DNA of 63,893 nucleotides, filler included, from Perkinsus chesapeaki ATCC PRA-425 (lineage: Eukaryota; Protista; Perkinsozoa), in assembly GCA_013115145.1 (NCBI GenBank). It is 11 parts of 11 records of this genome, joined end to end, with 100 filler letters (N's around TTAATTAATTAA, not from the genome) between each part and the next. Parts side by side here need not be neighbours in the genome. Positions count along the whole stretch, not along the records: positions 58,917 to 62,450 come from JAAPAO010001394.1; positions 62,551 to 63,893 come from JAAPAO010002027.1; 9 more parts are not named here. One strand, written 5' to 3'. How positions within the stretch are numbered: position 1 is the first letter of the stretch; every line of letters begins with the position of its first letter. This document shows positions 59,427-63,893 of the stretch, in pieces. Both the position numbers and the translations under genes were made by a program. Under the pieces are notes generated by a model. The model was not told the origin of the DNA, did no database searches, and was given only the letters and a program-made list of their open reading frames with translations.

Positions 59427-60350
59427 CAAGTACAACTACGGCTCTACTATAACCTTTAACAACATATGTGGCGCAATCTCTCTAAGAAAGCTCGAGCTTA
59501 CCTCAACGAAGAGCACTACAATGCGTTCAAAGGCGGGGTGTTTTTGCTGCATCAAATAACAAGTCACGAGCTCTTCAGTGTTGCTGTGAGGCTGTTCCGC
59601 ATGGTCTGGCAGCCAGTGAGCAGCCCACTGTGGCAGTATATGTCCGAACAATGGCTCACTAGGCGCTGCGGCTGGTCAAGATCGGCGTGGAACCGGGACT
59701 TGACCATCGCTAGGCATAATAATGCCGTCGAGGGCGTGAATAGCGCCCTCCGAAATAGTTATACGCCCTTCTACAGTTAGCGCACGGGATTAATTTTGTT
59801 CTCAGGACGGGTGACACCGGGGCCCAGCCTAGCCAAACTAGTTGAAGAACTCCTCCTGGCGTGTCGCACGTATTCGTATCGCACACACGGGGCTATCGGC
59901 ACTGAAACCCAAGAAGACAAGTGCCTCCCTCCTACCAAGGAGCAGCTTCTAGCGGCCGGAAGATGGTCCCGCAGCCACTGTGCGCGCAACGTATACTTTC
60001 ACTCGTCACCCGACGGAAGCACCTATTACCTAGTACCCTCTAACAGATTGCTGAGCGTATGTGGCCGTGGAACTGATCAGCTAGACCAAGTCATGGCTCG
60101 GTTCGTAATGAAGATGAATAGCACTGATCCGGCGGCTTGGGGATCCTGGAATGAGTTTGCGTACTGGTACAACCGGATCAGAATAGTACAAAGGGTCGAA
60201 GGCGGGCCATACATATGCTCTTGCGAAGATGGGAAGTTCATTTACTGCCGGCACAGTTTAGGTCTGGAGATGCTAGAGGGCAGTCAGCGCCATCCCCCTC
60301 TTGCGGACGTGAAAGTAGCCGGCGTTGTCCCTAGAGGAAGGCCCGGGTGA
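59427..60350 (+). pseudogene. MULE/Mutator transposase relic with SWIM zinc finger
   Basis: YYNL*QHMWRNL (degenerate CxFH region, TAA at 59457), WQYMSEQWL, HNNAVEGVN (catalytic E), a 30-nt intron at 59776-59805, SWIM CSC...CRH and terminal RGRP. Confidence 0.75.
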
Positions 60351-62450
60351 TAACAGCTATCCGTGATGGGGCGCTTAATGGGTGTCACGGTGACACTGTC
60401 AAGGCCCCTGCCGAATGCTTCTAAATAACACTGTCTAACAATATCACATCATCCAATTTCATGGATTCATAGCTTGAGACTCCCATGATTGATCTGCATA
60501 ATTGAGACAAAATGTTCTTTCTAGATACACTACTAAGCCGGCATTAGTTACCGACAACGATTACGTTCGCCGGCATTTAAGTTTGCCAGAGGAATTGGGC
60601 ATCGACCGTTCGCTAGACAGGAGACCATACTTGCCGGATGGAGCAAGACGAATACCCGCTGCGGCGTTCCTCGATCCGACTGGTGGTGACCGCGTCTCAC
60701 TTAGTAGCCATATGACCTACAGCATTACCGACGACGAGTCGAGCAGAGACGAAAATGGTAAGTAACTGCTGTGTGCCGAGTGACTCAGTATCTGTTATCA
60801 CGGGACAATTTGGTAAGCTGTGAGGCACAACTTGTGACTCACAAGGTCTCGGAGGGACCTCTCGCAGAGCTGAGAGTCTTCGCATACCGTGAAAAGAGTG
60901 TTTCAGTCTAAAGCCTTCAGATCCGAATAGAGCGACGGAGAGGGACCTAATCGATAGCGCCGAGATGGATGATGATGAGGATGAGGGTAACATGCGTCAT
61001 CGTTCGGCTTCAGAAACTCTGGAATTCAGAGTCTGAATTGCCTCAGTAGTCTGAGAGCTCAAGATATGCTCACGACTAGTGAGCATATCGTATCACTGAG
61101 CTGGACCCAAGAGTCTTGAGTTAGGCTCCTTGACGGGAGTTATCACGATCAGATTCCAAATCTCACCACACAATTGAGCTCTTGTTTCTTAGATATACAA
61201 CGGACAATCATTGAGGATACGTCCTTCATAGATAGGACACCTCACGAATCTCCTTCATCGTGTGCCGCCCCCGTGACCGAATGCCAGCAATTTGATGGCT
61301 CGCCTTGTGGCGACTTGCAGGGCCGGGTAGTTGGGTCGGCCAGCCCAAGCCCGATTCGTCACATAATATACCCTGAGGAATGCGACTCATCCGTAATCCA
61401 GTTGACGGACTTCAACTGGTCTCCTGACCAGGCTCAGGTAAATTCTTGGTCTCTTGACCAAGTCGGTAGTAAGCTAAGTTTATTCAGCAAGCTTCAATCG
61501 GCGAACAGTAGGTTTCACCGGTTGCTTCAGGCATTCGATAACAGCTACGGTTCGGCGAGCTCTAGTTTTCCAGCTGATGCATGGCAACAACGCCCATACG
61601 AGAAAGGTCTCCGTTTAGTGAAAGGCCGAAGACATGACATCAATTCTGACGACAGGGATAAGGCACGCACTACAACGAGATATGAAAGCATCTGGTTTTA
61701 TAGGCCAAGTTTCAAGCAAATACCCGACATAGGCAAAGCATCGCGCGGGAAGATGTCTCGGTGAAGCCTCAAATGTATTCAGATCACACATTCAAAAGGA
61801 AGCAGGTAACGATTCCCCGTGGTTCTGATCACTGGTCAGAAGCAACCTCCGTCTGACACCTCGAAACCCTAAATCTGGGATCCTGAGCATCCGATCCTCC
61901 AGCCGCGGCAGTTCGTGTGATGAACTTCGTGATCTGATATTCGCCACGTGGATTGCAGTAGTGAATTTAGGAGCCAAGCGAGATTCGCGAATACATATAC
62001 GATGGAGACACGGAAGTGAACGACCCCGCCGAGCAGGTAGTTGCAGCGTGTCATGTACTGCATGGCATGCGTATGTCCTTGATGGTGTGTGGCTTCCGTA
62101 TATGAGTGGTCTCTCTACTTCAGGGCTCTCAGGCTCGCCGTTACAACTTGCGTCCCAGAAAGAACAGAAAACGGCTTAACATCCACGTCACTGAGCAGTG
62201 AATTTTACGTCCGTCGAAAGCCTTCCAGACTCCGTTACGTGTGCAAAACTAACAGACATTCGGCCGAGGCAACCTGAATTAGCATGCATGATGCATCTGT
62301 GAAATGGTTTATTTGATTGCCGTCGTTTATAAAAGCGAGTGAAAGAGCTGAGTTAAAGAGAGGTTAAGAAGTGAAGAGTAAGTTTCTCTTGACATGCTCA
62401 ACCCCGAATAGGATCCGGGCAATCCCGTTAGCTCGTCTCTATACCAGCGA

Positions 62451-62550
62451 NNNNNNNNNNNNNNNNNNNNNNNNNNNNNNNNNNNNNNNNNNNNTTAATT
62501 AATTAANNNNNNNNNNNNNNNNNNNNNNNNNNNNNNNNNNNNNNNNNNNN
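62451..62550. other. Artificial contig spacer
   Basis: 44 N + TTAATTAATTAA + 44 N. Confidence 0.99.
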
Positions 62551-62621
62551 AAAGGCAGAGATACTGAAACCTACATAACTTATCATCATAGCTCGTCATG
62601 CCTAGTGGGCACACGACATCA
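62551..62621. repeat. 71-bp dispersed repeat, copy 2
   Basis: Matches 3-73 with 2 mismatches. Confidence 0.85.
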
Positions 62622-63461
62622 ATAGGAGAAGAATTACTTCAAAACTCTCATTTTTGAAGAAGTTACGGCTGCCCATCGATTCTCCCTCTCTAGATGACCG
62701 GTACTGTACTTGCATGGAGCCTATCTGTTCTTGATATTGTGATTGATCACGCGCGCCTAGCACATGTGCGCACAGCGGAGGAAGTTTAGTCCGCGCGTGC
62801 TATCGCAGCGGAAACACTCCAAGATCATTGGTTCTATCTGTTCGATACTCCTTATTGTAGCTAGTATCACTTTCATTTCCTAATGAGTAACTTCGAAGTC
62901 CCTGACGCCTTTGAGTTACCACTGGGAAGATTATACCTTGAGCCAATAGAAACTGCACCCCCTAGTAGGGGGCCCCTACATGGTAAGCAAGAAGTGGCTA
63001 GGCTAACTGCTATCACCCCACCTTCGAGCTTTTTATTATTTCCCTTTGAATTTTGACGCATTGAATAATTCAATTTGAATTGTCAATGACTACTGTGCGC
63101 TCTCACTCACCTCGTCTCTTTTCCCTTTTTGTACCCATGGCAGGCTGCTAGATAAGTATCCAACTACATCCACTCAAACGGACTGATGTGCATGCGTGCA
63201 ACATATTGTTGGAGTGCAGTTACAGGTACGGAGCAATCAACGAAGTGTGATAATCTGATTATCATTATCAGGTATAAGTTCCTTGTCTTCTCAATTTGCT
63301 GAATTGAATTTGAACTTTATTGTGACCTTCCTCAATAAGTCTTTCTCTCAGGATGATGCGTAGATTAGGGTCCGCAGACTGCGGACCGCAGTGCGGGTTC
63401 CGCATACAGGCCCAGGCCGGCCGCCTTGAACTGGTTTTATTCAAGAGGACCTCTAAAAGGC

Positions 63462-63512
63462 CAGCCGAGTACAATGTTTTGAAGTTTAACTTCAAAACAT
63501 TGTACTCGGCTG
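63462..63512. repeat. Perfect 51-bp palindrome (25-bp arms, 1-nt centre)
   Basis: CAGCCGAGTACAATGTTTTGAAGTT-T-AACTTCAAAACATTGTACTCGGCTG. Confidence 0.97.
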
Positions 63513-63528
63513 ACATGTATCTTGACAT

Positions 63529-63587
63529 ACATCTGTAACATTGTGTTTGCTAAATCCGGAAGTTAGCAAACACAATGTTACAGATGT
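63529..63587. repeat. Perfect inverted repeat (25-bp arms, 9-nt spacer)
   Basis: ACATCTGTAACATTGTGTTTGCTAA-ATCCGGAAG-TTAGCAAACACAATGTTACAGATGT. Confidence 0.97.
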
Positions 63588-63893
63588 TGCCTGATGAATG
63601 CTGATCACTGTCAATGAAAGTCTGTCATTGTGGATGACAAATCGAACGGCTACCGATTTCTATTGCTAATGTAAATTCGACTCGAGCAACGCAAAATGAG
63701 TTTGCTGTCACAACTTCATGGTAGACGAATCATTGCGGGCCACAATTTGTGGCAAGTAAGGTGGCGAAGCAGGTGAATGCGTCTACGAACCATAGACTAT
63801 GAATGCTGAAAGCATTTCTCCCAGTTGAGCTCAGCCGCACGCAGATCTTCTTTGAACCGTGGTATGTCGACCTCAACGTAGGGAGCCTGATGA

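Noticed and set aside
61174-61764. 196-aa ORF downstream of the MULE relic
   Set aside because: TTG start, no recognisable domain and no clear splice structure; left uncalled.
30905-62550. Ten identical TTAATTAATTAA 12-mers in N runs, resembling a regularly spaced repeat or CRISPR-like array
   Set aside because: Each is exactly 44 N + 12 + 44 N, a stop-in-all-frames scaffolding linker. ORF-track entries ending in XXXLIN are artefacts of it.

Overview
Eukaryotic genomic DNA with short GT-AG introns and compact gene spacing. The gene and repeat content suggests a Perkinsus-like alveolate; this is an inference and no rRNA marker is present. The window is 11 unlinked contigs joined by ten identical 100-bp spacers (44 N + TTAATTAATTAA + 44 N), so adjacency across a spacer has no biological meaning. 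Contig 1 (1-30904) is AT-rich, microsatellite-laden and gene-dense. It holds an MGC-TIR-like/pseudokinase/SH3 multidomain gene, an F-box gene, a PPAT-HD fusion, a TM-YbjN-like-RING-H2 gene, an intronless acyltransferase-3, a divergent CDK, a YbaK/PrdX-type editing-domain gene, a Nup153/Nup1-like FG nucleoporin, eIF3j and a small membrane-anchored trefoil protein. The other contigs are GC-richer and rich in mobile DNA: an intron-containing hAT transposon inserted into another hAT-like ORF, a full-length BEL/Pao LTR retrotransposon with identical 203-bp LTRs, a second BEL integrase fragment, a MULE-SWIM relic and a possible Helitron 3' end. They also carry a METTL13-like methyltransferase with an in-frame stop, a membrane-embedded TIR/HET-like protein, an NAD-dependent epimerase fragment and secreted lineage-specific proteins. 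The strongest unexplained signal is a recurring class of perfect palindromes with a single unpaired central base (arms 7-25 bp). It peaks at 63369-63587 in a hairpin cassette with two 25-bp-arm palindromes that share one 8-bp core. Exon boundaries were inferred by eye and no database searches were run.
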